Source of the DNA: Candidatus Aenigmatarchaeota archaeon
GTDB taxonomy: Archaea > Aenigmatarchaeota > Aenigmatarchaeia > Aenigmatarchaeales > Aenigmatarchaeaceae
Reading direction: 5' to 3'
DNA length: 64,000 bases
NCBI GenBank assembly: GCA_043814985.1
Contig: JBDRJK010000021.1
Coordinates: 1 to 64,000 of the forward strand
Part shown: positions 1-9,400 of the stretch, one piece after another
Position numbering within the stretch: position 1 is the first letter of the stretch
Layout: every line of letters starts with the position of its first letter
Notes under the pieces: generated by a model
Seen by the model: only the letters and a program-made list of their open reading frames with translations
The model's database searches: none
Told to the model about the DNA's origin: nothing
Made by a program: the position numbers and the translations under genes

Positions 1-1
1 A

Positions 2-646
2 TTCAGTGTCAAAAGAAAAATAGAGATAAAAAATGATTTTAGTCATCTAACTGTAAGACGCAACTTGATTTCTGGGTGGTGTAAATTTTCTGCGATTGTT
101 TTTTCATTTTCCTTTACATCGAGAGGATTAAAAACCTTGGCCCTTTTTTCGAGATTTTGTCCAGTTTTTTTAAATCCGACAAAGGAAGATATAACGAGTA
201 TTCTAAAGGGAAAAAGGAACTATAATTTCCAAGACTATGGTAGAGTTATCGAGAATGTCACTATTGAGAAACAGCCTTGGTTTGAGTTTATAGATGCCGT
301 AAATAATTATTTGAATGAAAAGGGCATCTATCCGCGTGAAAAGGGGTTTGTTACAAGAGCTACTAATGATTCCCTGAGGTTTGCTGTTTTTGATATATTG
401 AAAGAAAACAGGGATGACAATGTATTGACAATAGATGATTCCGGAATCCTCATTAAGCAACTGCCATTCTTGGAAAAACAGCTTTCTATGTTTCAGAGGG
501 GCAAGAGAACCATTGACAGGTTCAGGGAACTATTGGAAATGTCTCCCCATCAAACGAACAAGTGGTATGCTGAGAAACTAAAAATTTCTGAAATATATGT
601 TAAAAAAATGAAGGAAAAACTCAAAATTGAAGAAGGAGGGCTGTGA
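2..646 (+). CDS. 5'-truncated hypothetical protein with C-terminal HTH-like segment; possibly a replication/ATPase protein of an integrated element
   Basis: Frame is open from the window start to TGA at 646. LALFSRF resembles an AAA+ arginine-finger segment; the end TNKWYAEKLKISEIYVKKMK looks HTH-like. Confidence 0.5.
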   Translation, partial: FSVKRKIEIKNDFSHLTVRRNLISGWCKFSAIVFSFSFTSRGLKTLALFSRFCPVFLNPTKEDITSILKGKRNYNFQDYGRVIENVTIEKQPWFEFIDAVNNYLNEKGIYPREKGFVTRATNDSLRFAVFDILKENRDDNVLTIDDSGILIKQLPFLEKQLSMFQRGKRTIDRFRELLEMSPHQTNKWYAEKLKISEIYVKKMKEKLKIEEGGL

Positions 647-846
647 AAGGGATAGAAAGTATACTGATTTTTTTAAGTATCATTCATATGCAAAAAATTT
701 AGTATACTCATTATCCTTGAAAAAAATTCTAAACGGGATAAGAATTTAAAGCTTAAGGACGCATAAAGATTAGAAAGAGATTCTAACACGTTTGTGATTC
801 AGGCCCCCTGCACCATCTTTTATTCTAAGAATTCTAAATTGATAAT

Positions 847-1029
847 ATGAAATACGTATACAAAAGGCATATAACAAACACACTGCTATACGCAGTAATC
901 ATAACAGCCTTGATAGCAGTCATACTACAATACACAACTTTGGGAGCCATCATTTTTGCTGTTGTGAGTGTTTTGTTGTTGGCTGTTGATAGAATCGTAG
1001 AGAATAGACACTTGCAAGGAAAAAAATGA
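847..1029 (+). CDS. small two-TM membrane protein
   Basis: 60 aa with two hydrophobic segments and an ATG start. Confidence 0.55.
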   Translation: MKYVYKRHITNTLLYAVIITALIAVILQYTTLGAIIFAVVSVLLLAVDRIVENRHLQGKK

Positions 1030-1123
1030 GAATGAAAAAGATAACCACTAAAGGAAGAGGGTTAAGGGAGAAAACTATTTCTAAATAAGTTTTTATATTC
1101 TTAAGACAAAGAACTTTTATCAT

Positions 1124-1195
1124 GGCCGCAATGGTGTAACGGTAACATAGAGGCCTGTGGAGCCTTTGTTTCGGGTTCGAATCCCGGTTGTGGCC
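1124..1195 (+). tRNA. tRNA-His(GTG) with encoded G-1
   Basis: Acceptor GCCGCAA/TTGTGGC, anticodon arm GAGGC-CTGTGGA-GCCTT, T-loop TTCGAAT, extra G at -1 and C discriminator. Confidence 0.95.
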
Positions 1196-1256
1196 CTCTT
1201 GTTTTTCAGAGTTAGCACTAATAATATAAAAAATAGAAAATTTTTCTCCTAGGTAC

Positions 1257-1439
1257 TCAGCAGCAGTTTGATTTCATCTTAATCAAAACACCTTTTAGGA
1301 ACACAAGTATCCCCAAGACCATAATGGCCTGTTCCCATGAATATCCTAGATACTTAATTAGTCCAAAAAGGAATATGCCGACACCCAAGAGCATTTTTTT
1401 CTTGGCATAATAGTAATGCATATCCATTTTCTTCTTCAT
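1257..1439 (-). CDS. small membrane protein
   Basis: 60 aa with two hydrophobic helices and an AT-rich TATA-like element upstream. Confidence 0.6.
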   Translation of the reverse strand: MKKKMDMHYYYAKKKMLLGVGIFLFGLIKYLGYSWEQAIMVLGILVFLKGVLIKMKSNCC

Positions 1440-1635
1440 GATAATAATTTAGGGACAGGTCTTTTAAATTAATCAATAAAGAGAAGTTTTAAAAGGATTA
1501 AGGTAATTATTTATACTTACAACTGAATAGAATTTTAAATCGCCACAGATTGGCGTTTGGTTTGGATGTACCATAGGGTTAAGATGAAGAACCTTTTTCA
1601 TCTGTGGGAAAAGATGAGGTCAAGAGCTTTTTTTG

Positions 1636-1664
1636 GCTGATGTAGTAATGACGACAGACTCTAA
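1636..1664 (+). other. 5' strand of the 16S rRNA processing stem (pairs with 3294-3318)
   Basis: GCTGATGTAGTAA...ACTCTAA is complementary to TTAGAGT...TTGCTACATCAGC downstream of the 16S gene. Confidence 0.85.
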
Positions 1665-1699
1665 GAATTATTAAAGTGAAGATCATGTGCATGACCGCA

Positions 1700-3285
1700 A
1701 TTCTGGTTGATCCTGCCAGAGGTCACTGCTATTAGGGTTCGACTTAGCCATGCGAGGCGTGAGTCATCTGGACTCGCCGAACTGCTCAGTAACACGTAGT
1801 TAACTTACTCTTAGCTGGAGGATAATCCCGGGAAACTGGGGCTAATACTTCATAATTGTCAGGTGCTGGAATGCTCTGACAGTGAAAGCTCCGGCGGCTA
1901 AGAATAGGACTGCGGCCTATCATGGCAGTTGTGAGTATAAAATACTCACAAACCTATAACGGGTAGGGGCCATGAGAGTGGAAGCCTCGAGATGTTTTCT
2001 GAGACATGAAAACAGGTCCTACGGGACGCAGCAGGTACGAAAACTTTCCAATGCCTTAACGGGTGAGAAGGGAACCCTGAGTGGCTATACATAGTATAGT
2101 CTTTTGTTTTGCCTAAAGAGCAAGACGAATAAGTGGTGGGTAAGACGGGTGGCAGCCGCCGCGGTAATACCCGCGCCACGAGTGGTGATCGCGATTATTG
2201 GGTCTAAAGCGTCCGTAGCCGGTTCAGTGAGTTCTTGGTGAAATCTGCTAGCTAACTAGCAGGCGTGCTGAGAATACTGCTGAACTTGGGATTGGGAGAG
2301 GGTAGAGGTATTCCATGAGTAGGGGTTAAATCCTTTAATCCATGGAGGACCACCGGTGGCGAAGGCGTCTACCTGGAACAAGTCCGACGGTGAGGGACGA
2401 AAGCTAGGGGAGCAAATGGGATTAGATACCCCAGTAGTCCTAGCTGTAAACGATGCCCGCTTGATGTTGCAGGCTCTACGGGAGCTTGCAGTGTTGGAGT
2501 GTAGATGTTAAGCGGGCCACCTGGGGAGTACGGTCGCAAGGCTGAAACTTAAGGGAATTGGCGGGAGAGCACACAAGAGGTGGAGACTGCGGTTTAATTG
2601 GATTCAACGCCGAAAATCTCACGAGGGTTGACAGCAGAATGAAGGTCAATCTAAAGGGTTTACCAGACAAGCTGAGAGGAGTTGCATGGCCATCGTCAGC
2701 TCGTACCTTGAGGCGTGCGGTTAAGTCCGTTAACGAGCGAGACCCACACTACCATTTACCACTACATTTTCAGACCATTCAGGTTGAAAGAATGTAAGTA
2801 CTATGGCAGGACCGCTGGTGATAAACCAGAGGAAGGAGTGGGCGACGGTTGGTCCGTATACATTTGTAAGTCTAAATCGCAATTTGAGTCTTTTTTTAAA
2901 GATAATGATATTAATTTCCACGTGGAGTAAGAAAGTTGTAGAGTTAGATTTCAGATGGCGGAAGGCCCGAATATCCTCGGCTACACGCGGTCTACAATGG
3001 TTGGGACAATGCGTTGCAACACCGAAAGGTGAAGCCAATCGCCTAAACCCAACCCCAGTTCAGATTGAGGGTTGTAACCCACCCTCATGAAGTCGGAATC
3101 TCTAGTAAGCAGGCGTCATAATCGTTTGCTGAATGCGTCCCTGCTCTTTGCACACACTGCCTGTCAAGCCATGCGAGTGAATTTTTGGTGAGGCTCTATT
3201 TTAGTAAAGTCGAGCCAGGAGTTCGCGAGTGGGGCTAAGTCATAACAAGGTAGCCGTACTGGAAGGTGCGGCTGGATCACCTCCT
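1700..3285 (+). rRNA. rrs: archaeal 16S rRNA with an intron at 2860-2963
   Basis: Starts ATTCTGGTTGATCCTGCC; contains CAGCCGCCGCGGTAATAC, ATTAGATACCC and AAACTTAAGGGAATTGGCGG; ends GGATCACCTCCT. About 1482 nt after intron removal. Confidence 0.99.
2860..2963 (+). other. 104-nt bulge-helix-bulge intron in 16S rRNA (near E. coli position 1205)
   Basis: Central helix CCGT/GCGG, bulges AT^A and AA^G, inner stem CATTTG/CAGATG. Splicing restores GGTCCGTATGGCCCGAAT. Confidence 0.93.
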
Positions 3286-3348
3286 TAATACTTTTAGAGT
3301 GAGTCTTGCTACATCAGCATTTTTTCAGAACTAGTGTGAACTATAAAG

Positions 3349-3420
3349 TGGACCCGTCGGGACTTGAACCCGAAACCTTTTGCTTGCAAAGCAAACGATC
3401 TACCATTGATCTACAGGCCC
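3349..3420 (-). tRNA. tRNA-Ala(TGC)
   Basis: Reverse complement reads GGGCCTG...TTTGC-TTTGCAA-GCAAA...TTCAAGT...CGGGTCCA. Confidence 0.95.
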
Positions 3421-3469
3421 TTATCTAACTGTTATGGACAATTCAATTTAAATATTTGTTAGAAAGGGA

Positions 3470-3769
3470 TTATACACAACCACAAAGTCTTCTGCATCCA
3501 TCAAGATCTGTTATTGGAATATCATATTTATTAAGACACAATTGCTGTAAATTAATAGAGCCAGGCACGCCTTCAACAGTTATCTGTGCCGGAGTTTTGG
3601 AGCAGTCATAAGCCATCTTTCTGCATGCATTATTTTTAATAGCGTCTATTCCTGCTGTCTCTGCAAATGGTGTCCAGCCAGTGAAATAGACTGCAACCAT
3701 GCCCAAAAGAACAATTACAGCTATGACGATGATAACCAGAACTTCAATGGGAAGCGCTATGCCCTTCAT
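3470..3769 (-). CDS. type IV pilin-like protein (class III signal peptide)
   Basis: Re-started at MKG|IALPIEVLVIIVIAVIVLL; Cys motifs ending in C..LCGC; TATA box TTTTATATA about 22-30 nt upstream. Confidence 0.8.
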   Translation of the reverse strand: MKGIALPIEVLVIIVIAVIVLLGMVAVYFTGWTPFAETAGIDAIKNNACRKMAYDCSKTPAQITVEGVPGSINLQQLCLNKYDIPITDLDGCRRLCGCV

Positions 3770-3800
3770 AAATTCTATTTGAGAAAAGTCGTATATAAAA

Positions 3801-4169
3801 TTAAGTGCAACCACAGAGTTTTGCGCACCCTGTTGCGTCTGTATCAAAATAAATTGAACATAAATTTACCATATTATCATTTGCTCTTGAGGCACAATTG
3901 GCTGTATCAGCTGGACAAAAGTATCCGTCATCATTTACATCATATTTAGGAAGACCGGCCTTTGATCCGTCAAACAATATATTAGTTAAGTCTATTGAAG
4001 AGCAGTCATAAACCACCATTCTGCACCCAGCGTTCTTGACAGCGTCAACTCCAGCCGTTTCTGCAAAGGGTGTCCAGCCAGTGAAATAGACAGCAATCAC
4101 ACCCAAAAGAACAATTACTGCAATAACGATAATCACTAAAACATTGATTGGAAGCTCTATACCCTTCAT
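3801..4169 (-). CDS. type IV pilin-like protein
   Basis: MKG|IELPINVLVIIVIAVIVLL; N-terminus nearly identical to its neighbour; DVNDDG motif. Confidence 0.85.
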   Translation of the reverse strand: MKGIELPINVLVIIVIAVIVLLGVIAVYFTGWTPFAETAGVDAVKNAGCRMVVYDCSSIDLTNILFDGSKAGLPKYDVNDDGYFCPADTANCASRANDNMVNLCSIYFDTDATGCAKLCGCT

Positions 4170-4256
4170 ATTCTCTATTTGAGACGCCTCGTATATAAAA
4201 ATATCCTAAGAAAAATCATGAGGGCGAAAAAAATCAATGCCCCTTGAAAAACTGAA

Positions 4257-4544
4257 TCACTTCTTCCCTAGTACGATCTCTATTGAAGAGACGTTTAGCT
4301 TCTCTCCCTGCTCTGTCTCGACCTGCTCTGTGTCTATCTTGACATTCTTGATCTCTGTGCCTGTGATGAACTTGTTCCTCACTATCTCAGCAACGTCCAC
4401 TGCGTGGGATATTGCCCTTCCCCTTGCCTTCAGTACTATCTCACTATTTCCCGCGTTGAACTGCGTCACGCATGCTAGCACATAGCTCATTGCAGGCTTC
4501 TTGCCTATGAAGACTACGTTGTTATCTGCTTCTTTCTCTGCCAT
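4257..4544 (-). CDS. albA: DNA/RNA-binding protein Alba
   Basis: [33 protein letters not shown] and NVSSIEI motifs; SD AGGAGG before ATG 4544. Confidence 0.97.
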   Translation of the reverse strand: MAEKEADNNVVFIGKKPAMSYVLACVTQFNAGNSEIVLKARGRAISHAVDVAEIVRNKFITGTEIKNVKIDTEQVETEQGEKLNVSSIEIVLGKK

Positions 4545-4766
4545 TTTTACAACCTCCTGTTTCTGTATTCGTTTTATCAATGGTTTAGTAACCGTTGAGC
4601 TTTATTGCTTCAAAGTTATGCCCTGATATTAATAAATCTATCAAAAAATTAAAAGAAAAGAATAAAAAACCTCTAAATGAATAGAGGCAGTCAAATGAAA
4701 AATAGCCTAAACAAACAATTCCTTTTTTCATTCCTATCACTGAATAGCTGTTCTTTTTCTACAAGA

Positions 4767-5177
4767 CTATATTGCACAGCCACAAGATACTAGTCCGTTT
4801 CTTTCTTCTGTTACTCCGAAATAACAGGCTAGTAAAGCTGCTAGATTATCTCCATCAGCACTAGGACCACCACCTGTAGGTGCACCACATGTTGAAGTAC
4901 CCCAAGTCCAATCACTGCCTGTGTCTTCTGCTCCAAGTGTTCTATCCCTATCAGCATCAAAATCAAGAACATCTATGCTATCTAAAGCCACACCACCTGA
5001 GCAGCCTTCTGGAGATCTCATTATAAGTGCGCAGTACTTCTGCTTCGCTGCTTCCTGGTTCATAAGTCCTGCGGGTCCCATGAAGCCGCTGAAGTACAAT
5101 GCAACCAGACCTAATAGAACAATAACAGCTACTGCCACTACAACTAAAATATTTATTGGTAATTCGATACCTTTCAC
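4767..5177 (-). CDS. type IV pilin-like protein, candidate major pilin
   Basis: GTG start with strong SD GAGGTGA; MKG|IELPINILVVVAVAVIVLL; DFDADRD and GDNL motifs. Confidence 0.85.
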   Translation of the reverse strand: MKGIELPINILVVVAVAVIVLLGLVALYFSGFMGPAGLMNQEAAKQKYCALIMRSPEGCSGGVALDSIDVLDFDADRDRTLGAEDTGSDWTWGTSTCGAPTGGGPSADGDNLAALLACYFGVTEERNGLVSCGCAI

Positions 5178-5230
5178 TGTTTTTCACCTCTATTTTTTAT
5201 TGCTATTCTGATATATAAAGTTTTGTCTTG

Positions 5231-5632
5231 TCAGGGACAACCGCATACTTTCTTCAGGCAACAATTGTACCATGCCCCCCAGTCAGCTGACGCTTGGCTG
5301 CAACTGTAAAAATTACTGCACAACTCATCTAGGTTATCATCTCCGATGCTAGTAGAATACTGACCGTTTGGGACATGCTCGTTTACGACACCGTTGTTGT
5401 TGGCGTCAAAATCTTGCACAGCCATTCTTGATGCTATAGTGCGCTCAGGGTCTTTGTTCTTGCAGAAATCCGGGTTTATCTTTATACATGTGGAACTTGT
5501 GGCTGATTGCAATGAAGAACCCACAGAGCTGGGGTCAAAGGCATTAAAGAAGAATGCCAACCCTGTTGTTAGAACAATCAGAACTATCACAATTACAATA
5601 ATAGCATTTATTGGAAGCTCCATACCTTTCAT
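5231..5632 (-). CDS. type IV pilin-like protein
   Basis: MKG|MELPINAIIVIVIVLIVL; DFDANNNG, DDNL and C-terminal CGC. Confidence 0.85.
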   Translation of the reverse strand: MKGMELPINAIIVIVIVLIVLTTGLAFFFNAFDPSSVGSSLQSATSSTCIKINPDFCKNKDPERTIASRMAVQDFDANNNGVVNEHVPNGQYSTSIGDDNLDELCSNFYSCSQASADWGAWYNCCLKKVCGCP

Positions 5633-6007
5633 CTATTCACAGTGGCAAATATTTGTTCTACATTCTTCTCTACTAACACCATACCAGCATACACAAAGCA
5701 TTAGCAAGTTATCTCCCATATTTTGGTTAGAATCGCCACAGGCTGAGGCTGAGGGGGCATAATTTCCAATACCTTCGTTCAAATCCCCATCCTTATCAGC
5801 ATCAAAATTATTAACAATAATTTTCTCAGGATCATTACAACCAATGCTTATTAACATCTGGCATGCGTTGTTTTTTGCAGACTCCAGACTAATACCACCA
5901 ACCCCAGGATCCCAGACCCCGAAGAAGAACGCTATTATCGCTAACAAGACAACCATGACAATGACAATTATCACAATTGTGCTTATGGGAAGCTCCATAC
6001 CTTTCAT
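5633..6007 (-). CDS. type IV pilin-like protein
   Basis: MKG|MELPISTIVIIVIVMVVLL; AKNNAC, NFDADKDG, GDNL and C-terminal CHC. Confidence 0.85.
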   Translation of the reverse strand: MKGMELPISTIVIIVIVMVVLLAIIAFFFGVWDPGVGGISLESAKNNACQMLISIGCNDPEKIIVNNFDADKDGDLNEGIGNYAPSASACGDSNQNMGDNLLMLCVCWYGVSREECRTNICHCE

Positions 6008-6122
6008 ACAATCAATTAATCTTTGTTTTTCCTTATATAAAAATTAACTAGTGATTAATTATTCTAAATCCTTCAAAGGCTTGAAATGATAGATTTTTCT
6101 ACTAGAAAATTAAATAAAAGTC

Positions 6123-6470
6123 ATGGAAGAATATGTATACAAAATGCCAAAGAAAAAGCACACAAAGGAAATCATAGCTTTCATAATTGTGGCTGCTGTT
6201 GTAGTTGTCATACTTTTCCAATATGAGCAGATTCTTTCAATGTTCGGTGAGCCTCTTGACAGGGATGAATGCCTGCAAGGCTTGTCTTATTGGTGTAGTC
6301 AGTGTCTGATAGATAATGGCTATAACTTTGATTCATGGGATATCGCAGGAGAACCCATTGGAAATGAGCTGGTGGAGTGTTCGAGCAAATATTTTGATGA
6401 TGTTTTCTATTCAGGTCAGGACTGCTCCGGAGAAACCATTGAGAAATGTTTGTTGTACATACAAGAATGA
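6123..6470 (+). CDS. membrane-anchored Cys-rich protein
   Basis: N-terminal TM helix and six Cys in the soluble part. Confidence 0.7.
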   Translation: MEEYVYKMPKKKHTKEIIAFIIVAAVVVVILFQYEQILSMFGEPLDRDECLQGLSYWCSQCLIDNGYNFDSWDIAGEPIGNELVECSSKYFDDVFYSGQDCSGETIEKCLLYIQE

Positions 6471-6472
6471 TA

Positions 6473-9400
6473 CTAGTTCTGGATTGCGTTGAAGGCTGAT
6501 ATCATGAATTCCTTGAATCTCGGGTAGTATGTGTCTTCTATCATGTTCAAATTGGCTTGCTCGTGTCTCCAGTTATTGGGGAAGAATTCTATGAGCCAAG
6601 CGCTAGAGCCTGGGGAATCAACAATGGCATCTGTGACAGAATATGCCCTTCCTGTTGAACTAGTATGTCCTGCTCTGAAATATGATGAGAAGGAAGGTGC
6701 GCCCTGTATGATTTGGTTTGCCAATGCTTGATTGCCATAGGCGCTTGCCATCTGCAGACCCGTGTGAAGATTGATGTAAACCATTGGACTATAAGTTCTG
6801 AAGACATTTTTTACAGTTTGTGTTTCTGGTTCGCTTCCTGCTGATGGACCCATATAGTCCCCAAGTGCACCGCAGTTTACTGGATCGTTTCCGCCATTTC
6901 GACCCCAACCTTCTACAAAGTTTCGGTTGAGGTTTACATTGTTGGCATTGCATCTTTTGAATGTGTTAGTATATATGTTGGACATGTCAGTGTTTACTAT
7001 CGGCATGAAGAGTACCCTGTTATTTTGCATTATGTCTTGTGCTGTGGCATCTCCAGTGTCCTCGCCATTCAGCAGCCAGTAGGCAAACCTTAGCAGAATC
7101 TCATGTGCATGATCCTCATTTCCATGCAATTGGGCATCTATAAACAATGCTGGAGCATTTGGATTGCCAGCCTCAAAAAGGTATATGTTCCTTCCCTGAA
7201 CTGATTTTCCTGCAACATGTATCTTATTACTCAAGCCATGTGCATTCCACAATTCCATCCACAGACTCTCCTTTTCAGCCCTGTCTCTCCATTGAGCCCA
7301 AGTGATGCTTGGGAAGTCTGGCAATTCATAAGTCGGTAAAGTGCTTCCACAAGACGAATCAGCAACGCATCTGGAAGCACCATAGCCGTCAGAGGCTATG
7401 CAGCCACTAGGCGTGCATGTCCTTGTTCTCTGCCTTTGGGTAGAAGAACAAGAGCCTCCCCCGCATGAGCCGCTAACCCAGTCAGTGCAGGAGCAGGTTG
7501 TCTGCTGGCTTTCAGATGCGAAAGACTGCATGACGTCGAAAAGTTCCGGATAATCCCTTATGTTCCACTCTTCTGTTCCTCCCTGCGGAGCTGGAACGTA
7601 CATGAATGCTAGGGCAACATCGACTCCCAAGTCCTTCATCTTTTGAAGAGTTGCTTGGTAAAAAGCTACAGTTTTCACAGGACCGTTTTCGTTTCCGCCC
7701 CATTCCGTGGCCCAGAGTTCCATTCCTGCGTTATGCGCGTCTGCAACAGCGTCCTCGACGCTCTGCCAATTGCTGTCCCAAGCTACAGAATTATCATATC
7801 TTCCATCCAGATAATGGTTAATGCTAATGTAATCAAATGTGTTCTTGTACCTTTCAGCATCGAATACTGGTCCATTGATTGCATAGGGGCTGTCCGGCAG
7901 GCTGTACCTGAAAGTTACTTTGGATTCAGGATCGTTGCTTTGTACCACAGCTACGGCATCGTCCCAGTAGTCCATCCATTGATTATAGAGTTGGGTATCA
8001 GAATTTGATTCCACTCTGCCAGCCTCATTCAATATTGAGTAGCTATGCTTTGGATATGAGGCAAGTCCTTTTGTGTAATAGTCTATCATGTTCAGGTAGT
8101 ATTGCCTGTATGTGGGATTTGTTGCAATCTGGCGCGTAGACCCGCTTATTTGTCCACCTACTTGGAGATAAGGAACTGTCCATAGAGCGCTTGGTGTGAT
8201 TGTATGAAAGTCAATCTGCACATTTATTCCCTTCTGCTCTGCAACTGTAAGAATCTGTCTTAAAGCGTTTAGAGTTGAAGTACTATATTGGCCTAAAACA
8301 GGTTCAAGAACTTGCCATATAAGCCTGACACTAACATACTTGATGCCATGCTGCCTGAACATTTCAAAGTCACTTTCTATTCTGCTGTTGGAAGGTGCAT
8401 CCCAAAAATAATAGTTAACACCAACTCCAAAACCATCACTTGTTGTACCTCCAGTACATGTCTGGTCAATTTGAGACTGAAAGTCGACGAGTTCATCGTA
8501 TGCAGGCTCTGGGCCTCCTGCGCCGTAGATGTTGAAACCTTCGTCCAGTCCAGTCCTTCTTGTTTCCCATGCCCATGCATATGCCCTTTGCACTATTCCT
8601 GCTTCTTCAAATTTCTGCAGGCTCTGTGTATAATGGATTCTATTTTGCTCAAGGTTTGTGTTGTCGTCCCCGAACTCTATGATCCAGAGTGACTTGTTCC
8701 TAGTCTTCAAATCAGATATAGTGTTGTCCCAATGAGACCATCTACCATTGCCTTCATTTGCATTTGGATTGGACGGGTCCAGATATATGGTTAATGCGAA
8801 TACATCGAACACGTCATACAATGAATCGCTGTATTTACCACTTCCAGGAGTGTACGAAAGTGTGAAGCGACATATTATGGTATGTGAGTTATCCACAGAC
8901 TCTATGGCGTCATAAGTATCCCTTATTAACTGCTCCATAGGAGCCCTTTGGTCAGCAGTGTTGTACCAAGGCTCGTTTAGTATGGCCCATGATTCAAGAG
9001 CAGGATAGTCTTTCAACTCTGCTACTACTGCCTTTACATATCTAAGCCAGTAACTTTTTGTTGGATTTAAAAGCAAGCTAAAGTAGTTAGTACCTGCCCA
9101 TGAGGGGAATCCTAAATTCCAACCGAACTGCGTCCAAAAGTCCAGATTGACTTTAATCCCATTGTTGTTAGCAGCATTGAGCACCCTCTTTATATTGTTA
9201 AGGTTTCCTGTGCTTAGCTGTGCGTTTCCAGAGTTATAATTAGGCTCCATCACGCTCCACATTACACGTACAGAGATGTGCTTTATTCCATCGTTGGCAA
9301 ACCTTGAGAAATCAGCATTCAATTGGCTATCAGACTCTGACCAGGCATTGCCGCCTGATATATAATTTATTCCCATAGCCATGCAGCTGTCACCGCTGAA

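Noticed and set aside
1946..3090. ORFs overlapping the 16S gene, including 2715-2930 and 2803-3090 across the intron
   Set aside because: They are chance frames in rRNA; the 104-nt intron is too short for a homing endonuclease.
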